From the human T2T-CHM13v2.0 reference genome, Homo sapiens: 64,000 nt of DNA. Each line of letters begins with the position of its first letter. Position 1 is the first letter of the stretch. The stretch is from NCBI RefSeq assembly GCF_009914755.1, contig NC_060926.1. One strand, given 5' to 3'. The notes beneath the pieces were generated by a model. That model was not told the origin of the DNA. It did no database searches and saw only the letters and a list, made by a program, of their open reading frames with translations. Below are positions 29,731 to 42,838 of this stretch, piece by piece. The position numbers were made by a program, and so were the translations under genes.

Positions 29731-30191
29731 TTGTGTCAGGACTCAAAATAACTGTAAACACACAGTAATTTATTCCACTTAAAAGAAGTCCAGAGATAGA
29801 CGGTCTAGCACCGGTACATCTGCTTCCTGAAATGACCAGCAACTTAGGCTCCATTTAAACTCTTCAATCTGCCATTCTCAGCACGAGTTCTATCCTCAAA
29901 GTGGATGTTGGAGCTCCAAGCCATCTTCCTCATTCCAGACAGCTGGAAGAAAGATGGGGCATAGGGCAAAAAGTTTAGCTCCCAGTTGAGTTCTCTCTCT
30001 TTTAGTTGTCCTAGAAGTCCTGTACAATACTTCCATTTTGTTTCTTATTGGCTAGAATTTAGCAATATAACCTCACGTAGCAACAGAAGGAGGCTGGGAA
30101 ATGTAGTCTTTTAGCTGGAATAAAAATGGGGATTGGTTACTAAGGAAGAAGTGGAAAGTGATTTTGGCTGTCAACCAGGAATCTCAGACAC
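29731..30191 (-). mobile_element. MLT1J-like MaLR LTR
   Basis: cttattggctagaattta...ggaggctgggaaatgtagtcttttagctgg. Confidence 0.65.
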
Positions 30192-30279
30192 GATGTTCTC
30201 AACAAAACTCTTCATGGCCCCTCTCCTTAGCAAATTCTATCACTATCCACCAGATAGATAGCTCACTCTGAAAATTTGA

Positions 30280-30786
30280 GGTTCATTCACCAATCCTTTT
30301 TTCCCTTCATTCCCCATATGCAAATTAGCAGCAATCCCACAATTCTAAAATACATCCTGAAATCGGAACCCTCTATCACTACTATTAAATCCACAATTTA
30401 AATCACCATCATCTCTTATCTGGATTCTTTCAGTTACCTCCTGATTAATTCCCTGCTTCTTGTGTTGCTTTCCACAGATCACTGCCTGCATAGCAAACAG
30501 AATGATTTCCTAAAAAAAAAAAATTGAGACTGTATTGTTCCCTTGCTTAAAGCCCTCCAACAGCTTCCCATTGCAATAAAAATAAATGTCACCTTCTTAT
30601 TTGGCCTATAAGGCCTGACGTGGTTTGGCTCCTGCCTCTGTAAACTCATCATCTACCCCTTGTCCCCAGGTTCTCATGCTCCAGCCACAGTGGCTACCTT
30701 CCTGTCCCGCGAATGTACCCAGTATATACTACCTCAGACTTTTGCTCTGGAACATTCGTTCTCATTTTTGCATGGCTAACCCTTTC
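30280..30786 (+). mobile_element. L2 LINE fragment (continues after the MLT2)
   Basis: caccatcatctc...gcttaaagccctccaacagcttcccattg...gctccagccaca. Confidence 0.7.
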
Positions 30787-31263
30787 TGAATTAGTCAGGG
30801 TTCTCCATAGAAAGATAATCAATTGGTTTTTTATATTTTTAAGGAGATTTTATTATGGAGAATTAGCATATGCAAATATGGAGACCACAATGTGCCATCT
30901 ACAAGCTGGAGACCCAAGACAGCTGGTGGTGTAATTCAGTCTGAGTCCGAAGGCTGAGAGCCAGAGGAACTGATGGTGTGAATCCCAGTCTGAAGGCAAG
31001 GGAAGATGAAATGAGATTTCCCAGCTCAAGTGGTGAGACAAGAAACAGAGAAGGGGGGACAAATTCCTCTTTCTTCCATGTTTTGTTCTATTCAAAATGG
31101 ATTGGCTGATGCCCACAGTGGGGAGGGCAATATGTTTTACCGAGTCCACTGATTCCAATGCTAATCTCATCCGGAAACCCTCACAAACACACCCAGAAAC
31201 GATGTTTAATCTGGACATCCCATGCAAGGTCCCGTCAAGTTGACACAAAAATTAACCATCACA
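30787..31263 (-). mobile_element. MLT2 (ERVL) solo LTR, MLT2C/D-like
   Basis: tgaattagtcagggttctcc...gtcaagttgacacaaaaattaaccatcaca; perfect 5-bp TSD ctttc at 30782-30786 and 31264-31268. Confidence 0.9.
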
Positions 31264-31745
31264 CTTTCCCGCAGTTTGGGTTTCAGCTCAAACATTTTTC
31301 CCTCAGATAGGCCTTCTCTGACCATCTTTCTAACTTCATGTCCAAGACATCCTTTGTTTCGCTATCTAATTATATTTGATTCAGGGCTTGACATGTGCTT
31401 CCACCCTGCTCCTCTAAATAGACAAAAATTTTGGCCATGTGCTGAATTGACCACGGTGTGGAGGAAGACATATTCTCCTGCATCATCAGTGGGGAATGCA
31501 TGCATTGGCTAAAAACCTCTTTAGAGGGCACTTGTACAGTATCCATTAGAACTAAAACTATAGCTTCATGAGGGAAAGAGACTATGGCCATAGTAGGAGT
31601 TCAGTAACTTGTTGAAAGAATGGTGAATTTGAAGATTAAATCACAGAGTATCTGATTCCAGTTCTTTTTAACTTCCTTTTTTTCTCCATAGCTTTCATCC
31701 CATATTTAAAGTGTCCTCTGCTAAGATGCCAACACATATCCTTTA

Positions 31746-32244
<499 letters not shown>

Positions 32245-33217
32245 GAAAGAGTATGGACATATTAAAAATGTGAGGGCCTTTCGATCTACTTTCTAGGTCC
32301 CTGGGGGAACAAGCTCAGTGTCTTTGACACTAAGGGCTATTTGATGAAGTTTGAAAAGCACCATTTAAAGGTCTTAGCTCTTGGGTGGATATTTGCATTT
32401 TGATAGAGAATTCTTCAATCCATCATAAAGTTTTCTTTTGAGGAATTATGCTTACTGGGTTTAGCTCGGGGCAGTAGGTGCTGGATCAATCAAAAGTCTT
32501 CCCGAAATGCTAGTGATAAAGCAATATCCAGGAAGCCTTAGGTTTGTATATTCTGTTATTCTCTTCAGTTTGCAAGCTGCTTTAACATACATTATTTTAT
32601 CTAATTGGCTCCTCACATCAACCAAGTTGAGTATAGCCATGCAAAGAATTAAACACTTCAAACAATATTACATTTTAAAATAACTTAAATGTAATTCCCT
32701 AGAGACCTGCATCCTTAGTTCCATTCTCTAAAGGGGAATTTCTTGCGTATCTTTCCAGACATATTTTATTAAGCATATACCATCTCAGATCTTTGGGTGT
32801 GATCTCCATGTATATTTTTCATAGGCAAATGAGGAGTAAACTACAATATATTCTGCTTTTTAAAAAAAGCATACTGTTTTACATTGGAGTGTAGTGTTTT
32901 ATTGTATGAAGTACCCCAAATTCAGTTAATTCTGAGGGAGGGGAGACATTTGAGTTGTCTTCAGTATTTTGCTGTAATAGCTGATGCTCTTAGGAACATC
33001 TTTTACAAGATGATCATTTTTTTCTTTGCTCACATAAATAAAATAAATAACAAATTCCAAGGAGAGGAATTGCTGTGTTTAAGGCTGTGTTTAGTTCTGC
33101 TAAATATTGTAAAATCGCCCTCAAAAAACTTTTAACACATGCACTCCCCACTGATGGTATATGAGAGTAACTTTTTCCTATACCATGGTCAATTCGGTAT
33201 ATGAAAAATTTTGATCT

Positions 33218-33425
33218 TATTTTAAAATATTGTTGATTTGTATAAATTTCAGAGGTACAAGCACAGTTATGTTACATGAATATATTGGTAATCGTGAAAT
33301 CTGGGCTTTTAGTGTAGCCATCACCCATACTTTGTACCCATTAAGTAATTTCTCATGCCTCATTCCCTCCCACCATTCCGAGTCTCCAGTGTCTATTATT
33401 TCATACTCTATGTACAAGCACATGA
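33218..33425 (-). mobile_element. L1PB/L1MA-like 3' UTR fragment
   Basis: gaggtacaag...tgttacatgaatatattg...ctgggcttttagtgtagccatcaccc. Confidence 0.7.
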
Positions 33426-33461
33426 ACAATTTAAAAAGTTTTGTTAATAAGATAGGGAAAA

Positions 33462-33733
33462 GGCCTGGCTCAGTTGCTCATGCCTGTAATTCCAGCACTT
33501 TGGGAGGCTGAGGATCACTTGAGCTCAGGAGTTCGAGACCAGCCTGGGCAACATAGTGAGACCCTGTCTCTACCAAAAATTAAGTGCGGTGGTGTGTGGC
33601 TCTGGTCCCAGGTACTTGGGAGGCTGAAGTAGGGGGATTGTTTGAGCCTGGAAGGTTGAAGCTGCAGTGAGCTGTGATTGTGCCACTGGACTCTAGCCTG
33701 GGCGACAGTGAGACACTGTCTGAAAAAAAAAAA
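33462..33733 (+). mobile_element. AluJ
   Basis: gctcatgcctgtaattccagcac...gctgcagtgagctgtgattg...A-tail. Confidence 0.93.
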
Positions 33734-34064
33734 GGAAAAAATCTTATTTTTACTAGCGGTCATTTAATTGAGATTGAGCATTTTCCCCCCAAGTGTTTCA
33801 AAGCTATTAGCAATAATTTTTTTTGTGTGTAAACTCTCTGGTTGTATTTCTCACCTAACTTCATTGAATTGTTGGTCTTTTTCTTTTCTTTTTTTTAATT
33901 TGTAAAGATTCCTCATATGTTAAAGATAGGTAATTAACCCTTTCTGCCATATGTGTTTCAAATATTTGTTCCCAGTTAATTGTTATGGTGTTTATGAGCA
34001 ACCGTCTACATTAAATTAGGTGAAAGTGGGCTTCATTAGAAACATTAAGGGCTTATGAACTGGC

Positions 34065-34305
34065 AGAACAGCATGGAGAGAGAGCAAGAAATTGAGAGAA
34101 AAGGTCAGAGGTTGAGTCATGGAGCTGGGGCTTTCTAGCTTTATGATCCTGGACAATCACTTAATGTCAGGAGACCTCAGTTTCCTCAACTATAGAGTGA
34201 GGATAATTACAATACTTCCTCATAGAGTCATAAAGATTTAGTGACATCATGCATGTTAAAGTGCTCTATACATAAGACTAAGTGAATATTAGTTTTTATT
34301 ACTGA
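34065..34305 (+). mobile_element. MIR SINE
   Basis: cctcagtttcctcaactatag...gtgctc. Confidence 0.55.
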
Positions 34306-36315
34306 ACTATCTTGCATATTGGAATACAATACTTCAGGAAATAGAAATTTCTGTCTTCAATTATTTTTTGAAAGACAAAACTAATTTTTATATTTCAGAT
34401 GTTTTTCTGCTGTTAGCATATCTCATGATTCCTGCTGATTCCATAATTAAGGAAGACAAATTTCTTTCTAATATTGGAATTAGAAATAAAAGATATGATT
34501 ATTAAATGCTAATGAGTAATAAAGGATTATATGATACTAGTATTGAAAAGTAAATTAATTATATTAAAATGATAAGGCTAAATCTTATTTCCTTTTTCAA
34601 AATGTCAGTGGAAAAATTTGCTAAAATGCAGTTCTTTTATTTGCAGTTTTTTTAGATCATAAAAATAGAATGTTTTCAGTTTTGTATATGTGTAAAGTGA
34701 ATGTGTAGAATTAGAGCTTTAAAAATTTTTGATCTGGAAACAACCTAGACATCATCTAGCCCCGGGCTTGTTTTTACAGATGAGGAAGTGAGAAATTCCG
34801 AGAAGCATAGTGACTAGTGAGTCATGTGGCCATTGCAGAACAAAAGGGAAGAAATCTTCTGTCTCCTGTCTCCCAGTGTAGGGCCCCTTTCACTGTCCTA
34901 TGTCATTTGGATGCATAGGTTGCATTTCTGCTACATGTTTGGGGTTTATGACACTAGCTATACTCCTTAAACTTGTTAAATGAACAGCCATGGTTTTCTA
35001 GCCTAGAGGGAAATAAGTTGTACTCAAACTCTGCTCTTTTGGAGATATGATTTTGAGCTGCTTTAACCAAAAAAAAACAGGCTTTAAAAGCTCTTCCTAT
35101 ACTTCTGCTTACACTGAGTTTTAATATTCTGTCAAACATTTTAAACTTTTTTTTCTGATTTACTTCAGGTTTTCATAGAGTAAGGACATTTTAGAAGAAC
35201 CCAAGAAGCAAATATGTTCAAGTTTTTAGGCTACACCAACACACATTTTTTCTGTTGATATTCAAGCATAATATATATTTAAAGCATTCAAAGTTGATCC
35301 AAACTATAATAAAATCCTAGCATGGCTAGCAAATTTATTTCAGTTTTTTTTTCTTGCAAATCTTAGTTTTGTTTGTGTTTTAGGCTAAATGTTAAAATTA
35401 AGGAAATAAATACCAATAAATTGACATGTTCTTCCTGTGGTTGGTGTGATTTTAATTTTAATTTATTTTTCTTTAAGCTATCTTGAGTTCATGTAAAATA
35501 TTAATTGAAATGAAAGTTGCTTGTAGGTTTCTTATATAGTATAAGAAAAAAGACTAGAGATATCCCTCCACCTCCCCATTCATCTTTCTTATAGCAGAAG
35601 CAGTGCCCCAATTTGGTGATAGTAAGAGAAGGTCATTGACATCAGCTTGCATACGCAGCTTTGGTATCATGCTAAATAGAATAAGACAGTATTTAATAAA
35701 TTCATCTTGGACAGTGAACACTTTGAAAGGTGAGAGAAGAGCCAACAGGGAAGGTGAAATGAGTTTGGAAGCTGATTTTCACAACTGAAAAAATTGACAA
35801 CAGATAGTTTCTTTATGCTGAAACTAATTGGTATTGTCAAAATTGAGCTATATCATTTCCACTGGAAGCCACAGTTCTTATTAGAAAAGTGTTATGAGAT
35901 AAGATATTTAAGGCTATTTAAATATTCGTATGAATCCCAGACAGTAGGAGGAACAGTTGTGAGAGCCAGTTGCTAAGGACAACCCATTTCCTACTTTCTT
36001 CTTCTCCCTCTTAGCAGCAACACCAACCTTTGGATCACTGCCAACCTTTGGAAATCCCTGTCCTTGGAAGGAGAATAAATGAAGCCATCATTTACTGTAA
36101 CAGCATTTATTCCCTAAGCATTTAAAATGGGAAAAGCTTTAAAATGTAAAAAAGATATACATGCTTATTATACAAAATTCAAATTAAGAAATAAAGAAGA
36201 GAATAAATGTTATTCATAAACCTACCACCCAGAGATAACCACCGTTAACATTTTGGTGTATATTCTCCAGGATCATTATAGACTTATGCTGCAATTGGCT
36301 TTTTTATTTTTTTGC

Positions 36316-36502
36316 TATATATATATATATATACACACACACACATATACGTATATATGCATATGTACGTATATATGTATACGTATGTATATATACATAT
36401 ATACACATATATATGTATATATGTATATATATATTTGCTATATATGTGTATATATACATATATGCATATATATATGCACGCATATATATGTGTATCTATA
36501 TA
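36316..36502. repeat. (TA)n/(TATG)n/(CATA)n alternating purine-pyrimidine tract
   Basis: Directly visible; source of three spurious ORFs. Confidence 0.95.
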
Positions 36503-37356
36503 TCCTGGGTATCCTTCCAATCAATAAATAATCAATGTCATTTTTAATGAATGCATATTCCACTGGATGGTTGTACTGTAATTAATTTAGGTAGATTCCA
36601 AAGGATAGAGTTTTAGGTTGCTTCAAAAGTTTTTTTTTTTTACTTAGTATAAGTAATGCTATAGTAAATCAGCAACTATTGAACACCTACTCTGTCAAGG
36701 ATGTGCTAGGTGTTGGAGATACAGAGATACATAGCATGCATCTCCTACATTTAGGTACTGAAAGAGGAAACAGGCATGGAAACATGTAATTGCAATACTG
36801 TGTGAGGTGGACAACAACAGAGCCACATATAGGCCCATGTTCACACTAAGGATGGAGTGACCCCTTCTGTGTGGTTACACTGAGAAATTTGACCAAGGAT
36901 GAGACAGTCTTAAAGCATAAGCAGTTGTTTCCCAAGAATCACCTGGGAGAGTGATTAAGATTGCTCCATCCCAGTTCTGTCTCCCAGAGAGCATGATTCA
37001 GAAGGTCAAGGGTGGGGCCTCAGGTGGTCCTGTTGTTGCAGGTGACCTGCTCTTGACACTTTGAGAAACAGACATTGGGCGTGTGAAGGGGCTAAGGTGG
37101 AATTGGAAAGGGGATTATTGCCAGATACTGGAGGAGCTTGACTGTCATACTGAGGGCTTTAGATTTTTTTTTTTTTTTTTGATAGGTGAAGTCATTGAAG
37201 GTTTTGAATGTCATGATTAGAACTGTGTTTGAGATAAGCTAATCTGACAGGGAGAGTATTATGGAAATGTTTTCCCAGCTTCTTGTGCAGAGGTAATACA
37301 TTTTTGTTTTGCTGGTTATTTTTATCAACAATAAATCAAACTAAGTGCTGGCCGGG

Positions 37357-37520
37357 CAGTGTTCAGTGCTTCCCAAACTTGAATGTGCTTATGAATTACC
37401 TGGAATCTTGTGAAAATATACATTCCTACTTGATAGTTCAGGGTTAGGATCTGAGATTCTGCCTTTCTAACAAGCTCCTAAATGATGTTGAGGGCCCTAA
37501 TCTGTGCACTACACAGGAGT
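37357..37520. mobile_element. MER5A hAT-Charlie MITE
   Basis: cagtgcttcccaaacttgaatgtgc...aattacctgg...gagattctgcctttctaacaagctc. Confidence 0.7.
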
Positions 37521-37905
37521 AGATGTGCCAAAGGAGGGTTTTTGATTAAATGAGAATTTCCACTTTATTCTTTACACGTGAGTGTGCTTTATGATCTTAA
37601 GACTTCAGGAAGCTCACTTTGCGATCTGTTATGGTAATATCCCTAACAAAGTTCTACTTCCGTTGACCCCTTTCTCTGTGCAAATAACATCCTGTTTACT
37701 CACGATTTACTATGTGAAAGCTTCAATGCAGAGCCAACCAATACATACATAACTCAGAGCCAATTTTCTAGTTAAGTCTTAAGTGTTTTCATAAAACTGA
37801 AAAATGCGGCTGGGTGCGGTGGCAGGTAAGGGAATAGGTGGAGAGAAAGGGAAGGGCCTAGGGAGGAGAACGTGAGAACTCCAAAGGAAACAGTAATGCT
37901 GTGCT

Positions 37906-37981
37906 TCCTAAACTGACTGTCTGATCCTAACTGACTGTCTGATTCCTAAACTGAGTGTCTGATCCTAAATTGAATGCCTGG
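37906..37981. repeat. ~4 copies of an 18-20 bp unit (tcctaaactgactgtctga)
   Basis: Units start at 37906, 37925, 37943 and 37963; the last merges into the duplicated segment. Confidence 0.9.
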
Positions 37982-38201
37982 TTTGGAGTCCAGTGTGTTT
38001 TCATCTCAGCATGCAAATTTAAACCCAAAGAAAGTTAGGTGCTTAAATGCTCTAGGGTAGCTGGGCTTTAAGTGGCTACTTATCATAGTGTTTATTTGAA
38101 TGTTAGAGAAATAGCTTCAAGCAACAGAAGGCTTGACTTAGAGTGGTTTAAACAAATAGGGATTTAATGTTTTTGTATAATTAGAAGCTGGCGGTAGACA
38201 G
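37971..38201 (+). repeat. Direct duplicate (231 bp) of 39225-39455
   Basis: Base-by-base comparison gives 6 substitutions and no indels. Confidence 0.97.
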
Positions 38202-38365
38202 ATGTTTGTTTTGTTGTTCTTCTTTGTACCTTTGTACCTTTCACATATCTAATGAGTATTTATGTAATTAATAACTAAAACAATGTTTAAAGATTGTTTT
38301 TGGACCAGGTATGGTGGCTCACACCTGTAATCCCAGCACTTTGGGAGGCTGAGGTGGGCGGATCA

Positions 38366-38656
<291 letters not shown>

Positions 38657-39029
38657 TTAGTTAACTGTATTGAGTTACAAAGCCACCATTGCTTATTTCT
38701 TGGTATAGTTGTTCCTTAATCAAATTTCTTAATCAGATATAACCAACAGATGAATTATAAAGCAGAATTTGGAATATCTGTAACTTTAGAGTACCTCTTT
38801 TGTCTGCCTTCACTACATATATACTGTCTCTTATTAGATTTGAACCTTTTTGCTTCAAAGTAGATTCTGTGTGTTGGCTAGAAAGCATAAATATCCTTTA
38901 GGGAAGAATACTTAAAAAACCAGTATCTTGTGTAGTGTTCTTGAGTAAATTCAGTGCCATAGTATATTTGTTGTCAGATTTGGGAGTGAGATAGGTGGCA
39001 ACTAAATATATATACAGGGAGCATAATAC

Positions 39030-39260
39030 ATTCAAGGAGTATACAACTTTTACATTCCTATAGCACGTTAGGGTTTATTCAAAGTGAGGTCCTTCATTTG
39101 ACCCTCAGAACAGTCATGTGAAATAGGCAGCACAGGCATCATTACAAATGTGACTTTACAAATGTGAGAAGGCTGAGGCTCAGAGAAGTGAAATGATTTG
39201 GCTAAGGTCAAAAGCAAGTCACAGTGAATGCCTGGTCTGGAGTCCGGTGTGTTTTCATCT
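39030..39260 (-). mobile_element. MIR SINE
   Basis: gctgaggctcagagaagtgaaatgatttggctaaggtca. Confidence 0.65.
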
Positions 39261-39344
39261 CAGCATGCAAATTTAAACCCAAAGAAAGTTAGGTGCTTAA
39301 ATGCTCTAGGGTAGCTGGGCTTTACGTGGCTACTTACCATAGTG

Positions 39345-39888
39345 TTTATTTGAATGTTAGAGAAATAGCTTCAAGCAACAGAAGGCTTGACTTAGAGTGG
39401 TTTAAACAAATAGGGATTTAATGTTTTTGTATAATTAGAAGCTGGAGGTAGGCAGTTGCTAGTGCTGATTCTGCTGTTCAGAGACCCAGGCTCTTTGACT
39501 TTTTGCTCTGCCGTTTTGCATATGTTGACTTTCGTTCTCAGGCTTGTCTCCTCCTACTTGCCAAGGTGGCTGCCCTAGCTCTGGGAGAAGGGTGATGGAG
39601 TGTGTGTGCAGTAAGGGGTGGGGGGTAGTGCCAGCCTCATCTGTCTCTCTTATCAGGAAAAGAAAAAGCTGCCCAGAAATTCCACCAGCTGACTTCTATT
39701 TAAGTCATATTGGCCAGAGAGTTGGTACATGTCGTCTTGTCTATCCCCTGTCCATGCCCCGTTCCTGCCTTATGAAAAGGCAGGGAAAGTGAATATTTAG
39801 CTTTGTCAACCTTAAAAGTAGAGGCAGGCAAGGGAGACAGGTGGTTGACAATAGGTGTTGAGTGAGCCAGCCTACAGTGCCTGTCACA
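39345..39888 (-). mobile_element. MLT1K-like MaLR LTR (degenerate)
   Basis: gcaacagaa...agtggtttaaacaaa...gacttct...catattggccaga. Confidence 0.55.
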
Positions 39889-41879
39889 GTCTTACCGTAA
39901 TTCTATTTGGAGCAAATAGCATTGGATAAACATTGAGTGCACATCCTCATAGTTTCCTGCCACTGATGAATTTTGTGATTATTGCTTCTGAGTGCTAGGC
40001 AGCTCTTTTCTGCTCACTTCTGGGGAAAGTCAAATTTAAAGAACTATAATTACATGGGAGAAGAGAAGGGGTGCTGGATTCTTAATAGTTCTTTGTCAGT
40101 ATAACTAGCTCATTTTTTTTTGGGTGCAATAGTTACACATCTACCTTATCATCCTTTGTAAATGTTTATTTTATGCATGCATGTAAATTAGTTAAGAATT
40201 GGAATTAAACTGTGGCCGCTTGTCTTAAGAATGGTGTAGGATCAGCAAGCCTTGGATTGTGTGTGTTTGCCTAGAGCTGAGTGTTTTTATGAAGAAGCAA
40301 AAACCTATTCATGAGTGTATTTAAAGCTGCAGCCAAGTGACGATGTATATTCTGTTTCTCAGGTAAGTGAAATGTAAAGAGAAGTTTTGGAGTCAGATGG
40401 ACTTGTGCTATAATCCTGGGTCACCTCCTGAACCATGGTCCCTCCTTTTCCAAGTGAGGATAGGGGATTCATGACATGGCACATGGCTGGCAGCACCACA
40501 GAGCTGGGCTAACTTCACTGTGTTTTAACTCTCTTTCTTTCTAGTTCTTTGTTTTCCATACAACACCATGGCTTGTTGAACTTGGAAGCTGTTTATCTAT
40601 TTCCCTTGATAAAAAGGTTTAGTTTTTGTTTCTTACAGAAAGGGGAAGTAATTTAAAAGTGTTGGCCCAGTGGACTTCCCTTTTGATTAAATACACAGCA
40701 ATTATGTTTAATAAAAGAGATACAAGTGCCAGATAAAATTGTCATAAGTTATCACTTTGGAGAGAGCATACTCTCTACCAAGAATAAAAGTGCTCCCTCA
40801 AAATGGAATCCACTGACATCTCTCCCCATCCTCCATTCATCTCCATTTCACTTCAGTAAACCATCTTGAGTCAGAGAAAGTAAAAGGTGCCATTCTAGAG
40901 CCATTTTGAAAGGAAAATATTAATTAAGATGTGTGCATCTAAGAGAAGAATATAGGTAAATAAAAGATCAATCATTTTTATTTTTCTTTTTGTTATATAT
41001 TTTACATATATATACATATAAAGCAAATTTCCATATGTAGAAATTCATGTAATTCTTAATGAAGTCAAGGAGCGCTACTTTCCTGACGTAGTTGCTTTTG
41101 TGATATTTATAAAGCAGGTTGTAAAATATAAGTATATACTACTATCATTTTGGGTTGCTAGTTATAATGAAGAATTCAGAACATTTATATATATGTACTT
41201 TAAATAGTGTGCTCTGGAAACAGTTTTTTTGCATACACATTTGGTAAATAATCAAGAAGCATTTCCATGATAAGTTGGATCTTGCCATACTAGGGCCATT
41301 TGTGTTTATTAGAAGCAAAATGTGGAACTTCGCAATTTAGTGTTGTAGAATGATCATGAGAATCAACATTAACATGTGAAATATGGGCCTTGAGTTAGAA
41401 GCCTTGAAGGAGAATGGAACACATCAGTGAAGCTCTAAGGCCTGTTGGTTTTGAAGCTTATTGGAACCATACCCTGCAATTCCTGTTGAACTGATCATCT
41501 TTCGATTATACTGTCATGTATAATGATGTGGGGTTTTTTTTGGTAATTGCTGTCCTCATTCAACATTATATATTATTCTTTGTTTTAGGGGCTAAAATGC
41601 ATTTTTGGAATGCCTGGCTGAGATTAGAATTATACATTTGAGAGACAGAAGAAAGCAAACTACTTCTTAACAAAATTGAACCTGTAACTTTGACCTAGTA
41701 GTCTCAGGCTTTCACTGAACTAAATGAGGCAGATTATAAACTGTGTATTGTTTAGTGGAGACTTTATGTTCTGTTAATACTCTGAATTTTAAATTGTTGT
41801 ATAGATTATTCTATCTAGTGTACAAATTAATACCAAATTCCGTATTAATTCAAGTATAATTGTACTTTACAAACTCTTA

Positions 41880-42130
41880 GCTTAAAAACAGTTTTCATTA
41901 TGTGACATGTCAGAAATATGCATAAGTAAGTAGAGTAGTATAAATAAAAAACAAAGAGCATCCTAGAGCAAAGCCCTATGTGCCCATCTCTCAGCTTCAA
42001 CAATTCTCAACTCATGGTTTCCCTTGTTTCACCTGCTCCTCTTTCCACTCTCTTCTTTTTCCAATCTGGAATCATATCATTTTTATTTTATCCATAAATA
42101 TTTCAGCATATGACTCTAAAAGATAAAGAC
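41880..42130 (-). mobile_element. L1MC5-like 3' fragment
   Basis: cccatctctcagcttcaacaattctcaactcatgg...tccataaatatttcagcat. Confidence 0.55.
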
Positions 42131-42685
42131 TAATCTCCAGTATTAAACAGTTTGAAATGGCTATTTTATATGGTAGATGTGTAAAATGTGAGAATGGTGC
42201 TTAACATCAGGCATAATAAATTGCAGATCGACGTGGTTTTGGTACATGTCTGCGTTCAAGCTCATTTTCTATAAGCCACCAGTTTTGCTGCTTAAAGTTT
42301 GGTAATCTTTGTTTACATGCAATTTAGTTAAAATGCTAAAAGAGTTTTGCATTTGCTTTCCTTTCATTGGTGGCTTTTTTCCAGATAGAATTTGTTTTGT
42401 GTCCACAGAGTGATTGGTCTCTGTTTTACATGAAAATGTTATCTCTAAGAATGGTTCCATGTGGCCACTGATGATTCTCCAGTTGTGCTTTTCTGTCTTA
42501 AAATTACCCTCTGTATTTTAGAGCAGATAGAAAGAAGATAAAAACCCCTAAATTTGAGATTTGGGGTTTATGACAGACATGTCATTTTCATTAGAAAACT
42601 ATATACTGCTTTTAGTATTTTGTGATTAAGCCAAACAGTATAGTTGAACATTTCCATAATGATACCTTTGGGGATAGAAGTATGA

Positions 42686-42838
42686 CTCCTTCTTCTTCTT
42701 CTTCTTCTTCTTCTTCTTCTTCTTCTTCTTCTTCTTCTTCTTCTTCTTCTTCTTCTCCTTCTCCTTCTTCTTTCTTCTTCCTCTTCTTCCTCTTCTTCCT
42801 CTTCTTCTTCCTCCTTCTTCCTCTTCCTCTTCTTTTTT
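42686..42838. repeat. (CTT)22 plus degenerate CTT/CCT pure-pyrimidine tract
   Basis: Pure CTT from 42689 to 42754; pyrimidine-only to ~42838. Confidence 0.97.

Noticed and set aside
30713-31248. ORFs with hydrophobic stretches
   Set aside because: They lie in L2 and MLT2 LTR sequence.
35169-35179. Possible 11-nt microexon (cttcag acceptor, gtaagg donor)
   Set aside because: Such motifs are frequent in T-rich DNA; it is not frame-preserving and has no other support.
36253-36531. Tyr/Ile-rich ORFs, and the Ser/Phe-rich ORF at 42622
   Set aside because: They are translations of simple repeats.
37906-37981. CRISPR-like or VNTR-like array
   Set aside because: The DNA is eukaryotic and there are no spacers; junctional slippage explains it.
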